In this document: positions 25,959-35,523 of the stretch, piece after piece
Numbering within the stretch: the first letter of the stretch is position 1
Layout of the letters: each line of letters begins with the position of its first letter
Source of the DNA: Polyangiaceae bacterium
GTDB lineage: Bacteria > Myxococcota_A > Polyangia > Polyangiales > Polyangiaceae
NCBI GenBank assembly: GCA_947475525.1
Contig: CANJMI010000006.1
Location: 204,162 to 268,161 of the forward strand
Length of the DNA: 64,000 nucleotides
Direction: 5' to 3'
Translations under genes and position numbers: made by a program
The notes under the pieces: model-generated
Told to the model about the DNA's origin: nothing
Seen by the model: the letters and a program-made list of their open reading frames with translations, nothing else
Databases searched by the model: none

Positions 25959-27749
25959 TCACGAGGAGCGGAGCGCTTCGAATAGGTCGAGATCCGGAAC
26001 GGCCACGGGGTGGGTCGCACGGATAACGGCCACGTTGTGCTCCTCGCAGAGCCGCGCGATCGTCAGCCCGTCGAGCAACGTTACCGGGAGCGACCCCTCG
26101 GCGTTCGCTTCCTCGCGGGCGCCCGAGAGCACCTGCCCTGCGCTGAGGATCCAGCCCATGCGCGCGTTCTCGTAGTGGTGCAGGCTTCCGCGGAGCTCGG
26201 TCACACGCTCGCGGCCGACATCGCGGCCGTCTTTGCGAATGACGAGCGCGATGCGGAGGCCCTCTCCCGTGCCGATTCGACCCGGCAAGAGGCCCGCCGG
26301 AACGTGGAGGACGCCGGTGAGTTGCGCCTCCGCGCCGGATGCGCCCGGGAACTTCACCTGGCGAAGGTCGCTCACACCGACACGCTCGAGGAGCAGCACG
26401 GCGAGCTCCACGAAGGCGTGCCCCGGAAGCTCCGCCGCCTTGGAGGCGAAGGCACGGCGCGAAGCCTCGCGGAAACGCTCGACCGCAGCAATGGCCTCGC
26501 GTTCGAAGCGAGCAAGCTCACCGTCGAGGAACCACTCCGCGAGACCGACGCGTCCGCCGGTAAAGCGGAAGCGAGGCCGGAGCCCTGCGGCTGTACGACG
26601 GCTCGCATCGGCACGCACCGCAGCCGCGATTTGCGACTGCGCCACCTGCGTCTCGCCCGTCAGTTTTCCTGCGCGCTGCGCCGCCTCGGCGAGATTCCGC
26701 AGCGACACGGGACCCGACGCTCGGTCGAACGACGACAACACAATCGCGATCGCATCGCCAAGCTCGCGACCCGCGAGGGTGTCGAGCACGGGGACGTCAG
26801 CGGAAGCGAGATCGAGCACCTGGGGACCGCGGCCACCGTCATCGTGACGACCGTCGTGACGCGAGTCGTTGCGACCGTCGTGACGCGAGTCATTGCGACC
26901 GTCGTGACGCGAGTCATTGCGACCTTCACGCGGGCCTTGCGAACGGGGCTCCCCACGAGGGGCTCCGCCTGCGACGGGCGTGGCTGTGTAGCTCGGCAAG
27001 CCCGAACGGTCACCGCCACTACGGTCGGCCGTGCGCTCCGCCGGACGCTCCTCGGCGCCGCCACGACCGCCGCGACGGCGACGACGACGACGACGACGAC
27101 CTTGAGCGTCGGTTCCGCCATCGGCGCCTTCTGCCCCATCGGCGCCTTCTGCGCCTTCTGCGGTGTCGTCGACCGAGCGAAGGATGGGCTGATCGTCATC
27201 ATCCTCTTCGTCGAAGATCGCTGCGCCACTGGCGGCGATCTCGGCTCGGAATGCTTCGTCGGCCGAGCGCGGCAGATCATCGATCCGCGGAGCGACCACG
27301 ATCGGGGTAGCGCGCGTCGACGAACCCGAAGGCACCTCGATCACGCGTGCTGCGGGCGGGCCCTTCGCGGAGGTGTCCGATGAGCGACTCGCCGCTCGTC
27401 CCCTCGGGGCCGGGCGCTCGGTTGCCACGGACGATACCGTCGACGAAGTCCCGTCTTCCGACTCCTCGTCGTGGTTACCGTCACCGGTCGCGGCGGACTC
27501 ATGCCCGCCCGCCACCGTCGCGTCGTCCCATTCGAGAAGGGCGAATACGCCCGGCTTGACGCGAACGAGGGGGTTCTCGTCGCCGCCTTTCTTGAGGGTC
27601 GCCGCCAAGCGCGCGCCCATCGTAACTTCAGGGCTCTTGCCTACGTGGCTGAGCAGGTTTTTCTCGATGGCGAGCTCGGTTATCTCCTTGTAATGGAGCG
27701 GGCGGCCAACTTGTCGCAGCACTTCGCATGCGGCATCCGTAAACGTCAT
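25959..27749 (-). CDS. HARE-HTH domain protein fused to a C-terminal Mrr-cat (restriction endonuclease-like) domain, with a long repetitive low-complexity linker
   Basis: N-terminus MTFTDAACEVLRQVGRPLHYKEITELAIEKNLLSHVGKSPEVTMGARLAATL...NPLVRVKPGVFAL is the HARE-HTH pattern. The C-terminus (ERVGVSDLRQVKFPGASGAEAQLTGVLHV...IALVIRKDGRDVGRERVTELRGSLHHYENARMGWILSAG) is Mrr_cat-like. The linker has an acidic stretch, an R-rich block and a GRNDSRHD x3 repeat. Confidence 0.7.
   Translation of the reverse strand: MTFTDAACEVLRQVGRPLHYKEITELAIEKNLLSHVGKSPEVTMGARLAATLKKGGDENPLVRVKPGVFALLEWDDATVAGGHESAATGDGNHDEESEDGTSSTVSSVATERPAPRGRAASRSSDTSAKGPPAARVIEVPSGSSTRATPIVVAPRIDDLPRSADEAFRAEIAASGAAIFDEEDDDDQPILRSVDDTAEGAEGADGAEGADGGTDAQGRRRRRRRRRGGRGGAEERPAERTADRSGGDRSGLPSYTATPVAGGAPRGEPRSQGPREGRNDSRHDGRNDSRHDGRNDSRHDGRHDDGGRGPQVLDLASADVPVLDTLAGRELGDAIAIVLSSFDRASGPVSLRNLAEAAQRAGKLTGETQVAQSQIAAAVRADASRRTAAGLRPRFRFTGGRVGLAEWFLDGELARFEREAIAAVERFREASRRAFASKAAELPGHAFVELAVLLLERVGVSDLRQVKFPGASGAEAQLTGVLHVPAGLLPGRIGTGEGLRIALVIRKDGRDVGRERVTELRGSLHHYENARMGWILSAGQVLSGAREEANAEGSLPVTLLDGLTIARLCEEHNVAVIRATHPVAVPDLDLFEALRSS
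26851..26922 (-). repeat. 3x 24-bp in-frame tandem repeat (encodes GRNDSRHD x3) in the linker of the HARE-HTH/Mrr protein
   Basis: ccgtcgtgacgcgagtc(g/a)ttgcga repeated 3 times. Confidence 0.85.
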
Positions 27750-27989
27750 GATCTCGTCGTATCGCGAGCCATCCTCGGTGCGCGCGGCGCCGCCGAGCTC
27801 GTCCAGGCACCGCCCACATTGACGGGCGAGGCACGACTCGGCGTCCCTTCCGCGAGCCGCCTGCGGCAGCTGCGATCCTTAGTGTTGATATGTCAGGTTG
27901 CGCCCCGCGGACCGTGGAACACGTCACGCCGGTCCTCCACGAGGCGGAGGCTTGATACCATGAAGATATCGGCTTGTCAACCGCGCATT

Positions 27990-30689
27990 TTAGCCACGAA
28001 AACGCGCGTAAAAGGCCAGAATCGCGTCGTCGAGTTTATCGACATCGGCGCCCCCGGCCTGCGCCATGTCGGGGCGTCCCCCGCCCGAGCCGCCGACGGC
28101 CTGCGCGACGCTCTTGATGAGGTCTCCCGCCTTGAACCGCTCGGTGGCCGCTTTGCTGACCGTCAACACGAGCTGCGCTTTTCCGCCCGTGGCCGCACAC
28201 GCGAGCACGACCGAGCGAGCGCCGAGTTTGTCACGAAGCTTTTCGGCAAGCTCGCGCAGCGCCGCAAGTTCGGTTCCGTCGGCCACGCGGATCGCCAGCA
28301 CCTGAACGTCACCAGCCGCCACGGCCTTCGACACCATGGCCTCGATACCGCCGCCGCCCGAGCCACCTTCAAGGAGTTGCTTCTCGAGTTCTTTGACTCG
28401 TTTTTCGAGCGCTCGCTCGTGCAAAACCATTTTGTCGATTCGCTCCGCGAGGTCCGCACCTCCCGTTGCCTTCGCCGCCAAGCGAGCCCGCCGCAGCTCG
28501 TCCTCGACGCGGCGCAGGAGTGCAAGCGCGTTCTCACCCGTCACCGCGAGGATGCGCCTCACACCGGCGGCCGTCCCAGCCTCGCTGACGATCTTGAACA
28601 TGCCGATCTCTCCGAGCGACGTGCAATGCGTTCCACCGCAGAGCTCGACCGAGTCGGCGGTCATCGTCAGGACGCGCACGACGTCTCCGTATTTTTCCTC
28701 GAAAATCGCCATCGCGCCCAACTCGCGGGCGGCAGCGATGGGGAGCACTGCGGTCTGCACAGCCGCGGCGCCGAGGACTTTTGCGTTAACGAGATCTTCG
28801 ACGTGTCGCAGCTCGATCGCGGTCATTGCCTGGTGATGGGCGAAGTCAAATCGCAAGAGCTCCGCGCCGACGAGCGAGCCCTTCTGCTGCGCGTGCGGTC
28901 CAAGCACCTCGTGGAGCGCCCAATGCAAAAGGTGGGTGGCGGAGTGATTGCGGCGAATCGCGGAGCGTCGCCCGTGATCGACCTCGAGGCGCGCATTGTC
29001 ACCGACATTGACGGTTCCGCTCGTCACTCGGCCGCGGTGAAGGTGGGTGTCACCGGTGGGTTTTTGCGTGTCCTCGATGGCCACAGCGAAACCGGTTCCG
29101 AGAATCACGCCCGCGTCGCCAACCTGCCCGCCTGCTTCCGCGTAGAACGGACTGCGCTTCACGATGAGCTCGATATGGTCACCTTCGCTCGCTTGCGTCG
29201 CGCTCGTTCGGGTCACGCTCTCGGCGGCACCGGTCAACTTCAAGAGCCCGACGATCTCGGCTACGTCGCTCTCCGTGTCGTAACCCGAGAACTCGGTCCT
29301 ACCAGCTCTCGAGGCCATTTGGAGCACCGCCGAATCGAGGGCACCGGCGCCAATTTTCGAGCCTTCGCTGCGCGCTCGCTGGAGCTCGAGCTGGCGGTTG
29401 TACTCCGCCACATCGACATCGAAGGCTTGCTCGCGGCCGATCACCTGCGTGAGGTCGAGCGGGAATCCGAAGGTGTCGTAGAGCTTGAAGGCGACGTTCC
29501 CCGGCATCACGCGCCGGCCTGCCTCGTCGCGCCACTCGCGGTTTTTCGAGATGAGCTCGAGACCGCGCTCGATCGTGGTCCGAAAGCTCGTTTCCTCGCG
29601 CTCGGTCACCGAAGTTATCAGCACGGCGCGCTCGCGCAACTCGGGGTAGGCGTCGCTCATCGCAGCTGCGGCTTCGCCGGCGATCAAGTGGAGAAAGGGC
29701 TCGGTTATCCCCAAGCGATGCCCGTGCCGAATCGCGCGGCGCATCACGCGACGGAGCACGTACTCGCGGCCATCGCGATCGGGGAAGATGCCCTCCGCAA
29801 TCAGGAAGGCTGCCGTTCGGGCATGATCGGCGATCACGCGCATCGAGACGTCATCGTCGCCGGCCCCTCGCGTGTAGGTCTTCTTCGCCACCTCTTCGGT
29901 CCGCGCGATCAAGCGTCGCAAGACGTCGGTGTCGTAGTTGGAGCTGACGCCTTGCACCACACTCGCCAGACGCTCGAGGCCGGCTCCCGTGTCGATGCTC
30001 GGCCGCGGCAGCAGTACCGCGGGCGCGCCATCCAAAGCGCGATCGTATTGCATGAAGACCAGGTTCCAAATCTCCATCCAGCCGCGCCCATCGACACCGG
30101 GTTCCTGGCCGAACGCTGCGTAGTCGGGATCGTCGCCGTGGAAGTAATGGATCTCGGTGCACGGACCGCACGGGCCGGTCGCGCCCATGCTCCAGAAGTT
30201 GTCGGCCATGCCGAGGCGCCGGATGCGGTCGTCGCCGAACCCGGTGACTTTGCGCCACAGAGAGGCGGCCTCGTCATCGGCCGCAAAGCCCTCGGCTCCC
30301 TCGAACACGGTCAAAAGCAAGCGATTCGAAGGAACGCCGAGGACCTTCGTTAGGAGGTCCCACGCGTAGACGATGGCTTCCTCTTTAAAGTAGTCGCCGA
30401 AACTAAAGTTGCCGAGCATCTCGAAGAACGTGTGATGCCGCGCGGTCACGCCGACATTCTCGAGATCGTTGTGCTTGCCGCTGATGCGGATGCACTTCTG
30501 CGACGAGGTCGCTCGCACGTAGGGACGCGCTTCCCGGCCGGTGAAGACATCCTTGAACGGGACCATGCCCGCGTTGACGAACATCAGCGTCGGATCGTGC
30601 TGCGGCACGAGCTGGCCGCTCGGCACGACGACGTGTTGCCTGGCCGCAAAGAAGTCGAGAAACGCCTGGCGAATCGCCCCGCTGTTCAT
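27990..30689 (-). CDS. alaS: alanine--tRNA ligase
   Basis: MNSGAIRQAFLDFFAARQHVVVPSGQLVPQHDPTLMFVNAGMVPFKDVFTG is the canonical AlaRS N-terminus. The editing-domain HxxxH/CxxxH motifs are present (HSATHLLH...CGGTHC). Confidence 0.97.
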   Translation of the reverse strand: MNSGAIRQAFLDFFAARQHVVVPSGQLVPQHDPTLMFVNAGMVPFKDVFTGREARPYVRATSSQKCIRISGKHNDLENVGVTARHHTFFEMLGNFSFGDYFKEEAIVYAWDLLTKVLGVPSNRLLLTVFEGAEGFAADDEAASLWRKVTGFGDDRIRRLGMADNFWSMGATGPCGPCTEIHYFHGDDPDYAAFGQEPGVDGRGWMEIWNLVFMQYDRALDGAPAVLLPRPSIDTGAGLERLASVVQGVSSNYDTDVLRRLIARTEEVAKKTYTRGAGDDDVSMRVIADHARTAAFLIAEGIFPDRDGREYVLRRVMRRAIRHGHRLGITEPFLHLIAGEAAAAMSDAYPELRERAVLITSVTEREETSFRTTIERGLELISKNREWRDEAGRRVMPGNVAFKLYDTFGFPLDLTQVIGREQAFDVDVAEYNRQLELQRARSEGSKIGAGALDSAVLQMASRAGRTEFSGYDTESDVAEIVGLLKLTGAAESVTRTSATQASEGDHIELIVKRSPFYAEAGGQVGDAGVILGTGFAVAIEDTQKPTGDTHLHRGRVTSGTVNVGDNARLEVDHGRRSAIRRNHSATHLLHWALHEVLGPHAQQKGSLVGAELLRFDFAHHQAMTAIELRHVEDLVNAKVLGAAAVQTAVLPIAAARELGAMAIFEEKYGDVVRVLTMTADSVELCGGTHCTSLGEIGMFKIVSEAGTAAGVRRILAVTGENALALLRRVEDELRRARLAAKATGGADLAERIDKMVLHERALEKRVKELEKQLLEGGSGGGGIEAMVSKAVAAGDVQVLAIRVADGTELAALRELAEKLRDKLGARSVVLACAATGGKAQLVLTVSKAATERFKAGDLIKSVAQAVGGSGGGRPDMAQAGGADVDKLDDAILAFYARFRG

Positions 30690-30726
30690 GCAAGCTGGGC
30701 TACTTTAGCCGCTCTGCGTCCGCAAG

Positions 30727-30740
30727 CGTTCGCGCGAACG
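30727..30740. promoter_or_regulatory. perfect 14-bp palindrome CGTTCGCGCGAACG in the 59-bp gap immediately upstream of alaS
   Basis: Exact reverse-complement identity. Lies between the OM-protein stop (30749) and the alaS start (30689). Confidence 0.4.
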
Positions 30741-30748
30741 GAGACGAG

Positions 30749-33019
30749 CTAGTAGAGGATCCCCATGTACCAGCGCACCATCTGCGCGGTCGACGTAGCG
30801 AGCGCCGCTTCGCCGGGGTTCTGGAACGCGGCGTAGGCGGAGACCTGACCCGGCAGGTAATCAAGGCCTGAGAGGGGGAAGAGGACGCCGTACTCGAGCG
30901 ACGTGAAAAACCCGCCCATTTTCTCGAGATCGTCGTTCAATACGCCGTCTTTCGCTTGATAATGGATCTTGAAGTTGAGCTCGACGCCAAGGTCGCGCGC
31001 GTTGCCAGGAGCCTGGACGAACTGCGACGCTCGGCTCCAGATGAGGCTCGCCGCGCCCCCGAGCTTCTGACCATCCGGATCGCGCAGGAAGTCATACCCG
31101 ACGGTGGGCTTGAAGAAATACGTGCCCTGAATTCGGGAGAGGATATTCCGATAAAGGAGAAGATCGACGCGGTAGTCCGGGTGAAACCGAAAGGTCGAGA
31201 AGGTCCGATCCAGCGTCTTTTGGGGTTGCAGCTCGTTGCCGAGCGGGGCGAGGCCCTCGACGTCACTGTCACCGGAGGCGTAGCCGAAGTCGAAGGCCAA
31301 GCGCAGTTTGTCCTCGAGGAGACGCAGCTCGCTTTGCGCGGCGACACCAAACTGCAAAAGGTTCCAGCCGTTCTTCGTGGGGTCGTCGGAATTTACGTAG
31401 TTGTTCGACTCGCGAAGCGTGTTTTGAATCGTGCCCACGATCAGGGCGCTTTCCGCCTCGAAGCGGAATTTCTTCCAGCGCAAACGGAACCACAGATCGG
31501 GGATGAAGGCAGTCGCCTCGCGGCGCACGAAGCCGTCTTTGAGGTTGTCGATGTCTTGGCCCAGCGACCCGCCTGCGGCCTGACTCGTCGTGTCGTTCGC
31601 GAGCACCTGATGGCGGTAGACAAAGTAGCCACCGCCTTCGATGACCGGCTTGCCAGCCGCGAGTTCTTTGCGCGCGAGGCTCTCGTTCCTGCGGCGCATC
31701 AGCATGAAGATGAACTGGTCGACGTCATCCTTCTGCGCGGCGTCGTAGGGCTGGCCCTGCTGTTCTTGGAGCGAGGCGCTGTTCGCGCCTTCGTTCGCGA
31801 AATCCCACGCGAAGGCGCCGTAAAGATCCCAGCCTGGGTGGCCGGTGACAAACATGATGCGGTCTGCGGTCGACTGCCAATCCGAGTCGTAGCCGTCACC
31901 GGAATTCGCGAGCATGCCCAAGCCCCAGTGGCTCGGCATTCGACCAAAGCGCAGTTGGCCAACGGGCGAGGCGTACTCGCCCCACGCTCGCTTGACGGTG
32001 ATCGAATCCTTCGTGCTGTTGAAGCCGGCGACGGGCGCCCACTGGGTTGTACCGAAGGCCGACAGCGGCGCGTAACCGCCACGCGCGATCACCTGATAGC
32101 CGCCGCTCGCACCAGGCTGGTTGCCGTAGCCCTCGGGCGTCGAGCCGAGGACGATGTTGTCGAGCATGTCGATCTGCGAGCGAATTCGCAGGTTGTCCGA
32201 GATGTGAATATCCGGATTCAAGCGCAAGCGCATGTTGGCGCCGCCAAGCGAGCGCGAGGTGCAGTTCGAAAAGTCGTTCGGGACCCCGCTGTCACCGCAG
32301 AGTTTCACCGCGCGCGAACCGCCGTTGATCGGCGTGTAGCTGTCGTCAGCCGGGCGCGGAAAGAACGGTTTTACGCGCTCGACGCGGCCGAGATCGAAGT
32401 TGTGAAAGAACTCGGCGCGCACGCGGTAGACGCCGTGAAGCTCCACGGTCGGACGCGAGAGGTTCCACCAATCTTCGGAGAAGACCTCGGACGGCGGCGG
32501 GGTCGCGGTATCACGCGGGTCGGCGCGTTCTTTGGGAGCCGGGGATTTCGCGGCATCCGCGGGCTTCGTCGCCTCAGCGAACGTGGCCGCCTCCGCGGAC
32601 GTGGTCGCTTCGGCGGGCTTGACCGCTTTGGCGGGGTCTTCGGGCGACGCCGCAACGGGTGGGTCGACCGCAACGGGAGGTAACAACGGCGCGTCGGCAG
32701 GCTTGGCGTCGGCAGGCTTGGCGTCGGCAGGCTTGGCTTCGGCAGGCTTGGCGTCGGCAGGCTTGGCTTCGGCAGGCTCGGCTTCGGCGGGCGCAGTAGG
32801 CTTCTCCGCCTCGACGGGGGCCGGCTTCGCGGGCTTCGCTGGCTTCGCTGGCTTCGCTGGCTTCGCTGGCTTCGCCGGCTTCGCAACCGGGACAGCCTCG
32901 GTCGGCGGAATCTGTGCGAAGGCCTCAGTTGGCTGGGCAACGAGCGCGGCGAGCGCCGTCGACACGCAGATGAGCGGGAGTCCCATCGAGAACGAACCGA
33001 GTCCGCGTAGCCGTCGCAT
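30749..33019 (-). CDS. outer-membrane beta-barrel-type protein with an N-terminal KPA / AKPAD tandem-repeat region (myxobacterial OM protein family, hypothetical)
   Basis: Signal peptide (MGLPLICVSTALAALVA; alternative start ~32986). 7x KPA and 7x (A/E)AKPAD repeats. The C-terminal ~550 aa are rich in alternating hydrophobic/aromatic beta strands and end in an aromatic residue (...MGILY). Confidence 0.6.
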   Translation of the reverse strand: MRRLRGLGSFSMGLPLICVSTALAALVAQPTEAFAQIPPTEAVPVAKPAKPAKPAKPAKPAKPAKPAPVEAEKPTAPAEAEPAEAKPADAKPAEAKPADAKPADAKPADAPLLPPVAVDPPVAASPEDPAKAVKPAEATTSAEAATFAEATKPADAAKSPAPKERADPRDTATPPPSEVFSEDWWNLSRPTVELHGVYRVRAEFFHNFDLGRVERVKPFFPRPADDSYTPINGGSRAVKLCGDSGVPNDFSNCTSRSLGGANMRLRLNPDIHISDNLRIRSQIDMLDNIVLGSTPEGYGNQPGASGGYQVIARGGYAPLSAFGTTQWAPVAGFNSTKDSITVKRAWGEYASPVGQLRFGRMPSHWGLGMLANSGDGYDSDWQSTADRIMFVTGHPGWDLYGAFAWDFANEGANSASLQEQQGQPYDAAQKDDVDQFIFMLMRRRNESLARKELAAGKPVIEGGGYFVYRHQVLANDTTSQAAGGSLGQDIDNLKDGFVRREATAFIPDLWFRLRWKKFRFEAESALIVGTIQNTLRESNNYVNSDDPTKNGWNLLQFGVAAQSELRLLEDKLRLAFDFGYASGDSDVEGLAPLGNELQPQKTLDRTFSTFRFHPDYRVDLLLYRNILSRIQGTYFFKPTVGYDFLRDPDGQKLGGAASLIWSRASQFVQAPGNARDLGVELNFKIHYQAKDGVLNDDLEKMGGFFTSLEYGVLFPLSGLDYLPGQVSAYAAFQNPGEAALATSTAQMVRWYMGILY
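32691..32885 (-). repeat. two in-frame microsatellite-like arrays in the OM-protein gene: 7x 15-bp (AKPAD/AKPAE) at 32691-32795 and 7x 9-bp (KPA) at 32823-32885
   Basis: gcgtcggcaggcttg repeated 7 times. ggcttcgct repeated 7 times. Confidence 0.85.
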
Positions 33020-33097
33020 GCGGGGCGGTCATGCAGCAAACGCCGGATGGCGTCAAAGTCGTTACGCCCGACCCCGCGCGGCCGCGTATCGTCTGCG

Positions 33098-35500
33098 TCA
33101 GTCCATCCAAAATGCAGTGAACGCGTCGCCCCCCTCCTCCATGTCGGCGGGTCGCGCTCGGGTGACGTTCGCGTGCAAGGCAAGGTGCTCGCGGACCGCT
33201 TGGCGCAGCGCTCCTGTGCCATGCCCGTGCAACGCAAACCCATGCGGCTCGGCATCACGGAGGCACCGGTCGATGAATCGGTCGAGTTCAGAGAGCGCGG
33301 CGTCGGCGCGCATTCCCCGCAAATCACAGGTAAGACTGGCGGTTCGGACGAGTTTGTCGGCCCCCGCAGCGGGTACGCGAGCCGGCGGCAAAGGACGCGG
33401 TTCCGGCTGTTTCGGCAGATGCGGACCCTTCGGGGCAATGCGCAACTCGGCAAGCGGCACGAGCAGGTTGAACGCTCCCGCGCGAACTCGCACACGGCCC
33501 CGCTCGGGCAATTCAAGAACGTGCACCACCCCGAGACGCGGGCTCACAAGCTTCATCCCGACCGTGAGCTGCGACGACTCGACACTCGGCCCCGCAGCCT
33601 TCACCTCGCGCGTAGCCGCCTCGACGGCACTTCCGAGCGCGACCACCTTTGCGGCCTCGTCGACGATCCGCTCGGCCTCGCGCTGACCTACCGCGCCCGC
33701 GCCCTGCGTCCGTTCGAGAACCAGAAGCCGGCTCCGTGCGCCGCGAATCGCATCGCGCAGCTCCGCCGCTTCATCCTGCAGCCGCTTGCGCTCCTTGGTT
33801 CGGATGTTCGCTCTTTCTTCTTCGAGCTCGCCACGCAGACGCCGCACCGCAACCTTATCCGCCTCCGCCTCTAGCCGCGCATGTCGCTCGCGGTCGCGCT
33901 CACGTTCGAGGTCGGCGATCAGCTCCTCGCGTTGAACGACCGCCTTCGGCATCAGCTCTCGAGCGCGACAGACGACGGCCGCCGGCAGGCCATGGCGCTC
34001 AGCCGCCGCGAGCGCCGCCGACGCGCCAACCACACCGAGCCGCAGCGTAAATGTCGGAACCATGCGGTCGAAATCGAAGCCGACGGCGGCATTTGCAAAC
34101 CGCGCGTCTTCGTATGCGCGCTGTTTGAGCCGCTCGTAATGCGTCGTCGCCACAACGGCCGCGCCGCGCTGCAACAGCGCCTCGAGCAAGGCGACACCGA
34201 GCGCCGCGCCCTCCTCGGGATCGGTGCTGCCCGCGACCTCGTCGAGCAAAACGAGTGCATGCTGGCCCTGCTCGGAGGCGTGCCCGGCCGCTTCCAAAAT
34301 CGTGCGGTAGCCGACGACGTGCGCACTGAATGTCGAGAGCGAACGCTCGAGCGATTGGTGGTCGCCCATGTCCGTGACCACCGGAGCAAACCACCCGAGC
34401 CGCGAACGCCGGTCCGCTACGATTGGCAGGCCCGCTCGGATCATCAATGCCGCGAGCCCGAGGGTCTTCAAGGCAACGGTCTTGCCGCCAGCGTTTGGGC
34501 CCGAGACGACGAGCACCTCGCCGGCCCGGACGCGGATGTCGTTGGGTACGACCGGCACGCCTTGTTCAAGCAGCAAGGGGTGACGGACGAGCACGAGCTC
34601 CGCGGCCGGCTCGTCGCTCAGCGGCACCACGACCGCCTCGACATCGCGGCTCCAATTCGCAATTGCGCTCAGGCCATCGGCCTTGACGAGTGCTGCATAC
34701 GCCGCGGCGATGGGTTCAACCTGGCTCCGCACAAGCGCCGTCAATTCGCACACGATGCGCCGTTCTTCTCGCTCGACGTCGCCTTCGGCAATCCGCAGCC
34801 GATTGCTCACGGCGGTCACTTCCGGCGGCTCGACGTACAGCGTCGCGCCGGTCGCGCTCGCGCCGATCACGATGCCTTCGACACGCCGATGCGCGTCCGC
34901 TCGGACCGGAAGGCCCACGCGACCGTCACGCTCAACCGGCCCCCCGTCGCGAAGCACATCCGCGAGGTCGAGCGACAGCTGACGCAACTTGTCGCCGAGG
35001 CCTTTGCGTGCGGTGGCGACGGCGTGGCGTGCACGGCGGAGCTCCGCCGAAGCCTCGTCCTTGACGTAGCCGTGCGGCTCGATCGCCCCCAAAATCGCGC
35101 GCTCGATCTGCTCGAACTCGCGATCGTGACGCGCCTCTCCCGCGCACTCCCGCGCGAGCAACGGCAGCCGTTCGGACGCCCCACGCAAGAACGAACGCAG
35201 CGCACGGGCGCCACCGAGTAACCGAGCGACTTGCACGAGCTCAACGGCGGCCACGTCGCCCCCTCGTTCGATCCGGGCGAGCAACTCCTCGAGGTCATCT
35301 GTCCCAACAACGGGAAGCGGTTCTCCTTCGGCGAGAGTCGAGAGCGCTTCCGCCACGAGGGCGAGCCGCCGCCGAGCTTCGTTGGGCGTCTCGGCCGGAG
35401 TCAGCTCCGAGATCAGACGAACCGCGGCCTCGCCGAGGCAACGCCGCGCGATCGCCGCTACCAGCCGGCTCCACTGCAAGTCTTCGATCGAGGCGCTCAT
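33098..35500 (-). CDS. mutS2: endonuclease MutS2 (MutS domain V plus C-terminal Smr)
   Basis: Walker A LVVSGPNAGGKTVALKTLG, LVLLDEVAGSTDPEEGAAL, and a C-terminal Smr domain (LTCDLRGMRADAALSELDRFIDRCL...LHGHGTGALRQAVREHL). Start at MSASIEDLQW (35500). Confidence 0.9.
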   Translation of the reverse strand: MSASIEDLQWSRLVAAIARRCLGEAAVRLISELTPAETPNEARRRLALVAEALSTLAEGEPLPVVGTDDLEELLARIERGGDVAAVELVQVARLLGGARALRSFLRGASERLPLLARECAGEARHDREFEQIERAILGAIEPHGYVKDEASAELRRARHAVATARKGLGDKLRQLSLDLADVLRDGGPVERDGRVGLPVRADAHRRVEGIVIGASATGATLYVEPPEVTAVSNRLRIAEGDVEREERRIVCELTALVRSQVEPIAAAYAALVKADGLSAIANWSRDVEAVVVPLSDEPAAELVLVRHPLLLEQGVPVVPNDIRVRAGEVLVVSGPNAGGKTVALKTLGLAALMIRAGLPIVADRRSRLGWFAPVVTDMGDHQSLERSLSTFSAHVVGYRTILEAAGHASEQGQHALVLLDEVAGSTDPEEGAALGVALLEALLQRGAAVVATTHYERLKQRAYEDARFANAAVGFDFDRMVPTFTLRLGVVGASAALAAAERHGLPAAVVCRARELMPKAVVQREELIADLERERDRERHARLEAEADKVAVRRLRGELEEERANIRTKERKRLQDEAAELRDAIRGARSRLLVLERTQGAGAVGQREAERIVDEAAKVVALGSAVEAATREVKAAGPSVESSQLTVGMKLVSPRLGVVHVLELPERGRVRVRAGAFNLLVPLAELRIAPKGPHLPKQPEPRPLPPARVPAAGADKLVRTASLTCDLRGMRADAALSELDRFIDRCLRDAEPHGFALHGHGTGALRQAVREHLALHANVTRARPADMEEGGDAFTAFWMD

Positions 35501-35523
35501 CGCGAGCCCAGTGTGGCCCGAGC

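Noticed and set aside
27471-30353. 960-aa plus-strand ORF overlapping alaS
   Set aside because: Antisense to alaS, which has perfect AlaRS motifs. Protein-like features are absent (R/A/G-rich).
33881-35221. 446-aa plus-strand ORF within mutS2
   Set aside because: Antisense to mutS2 (Walker A and Smr domain on the minus strand).
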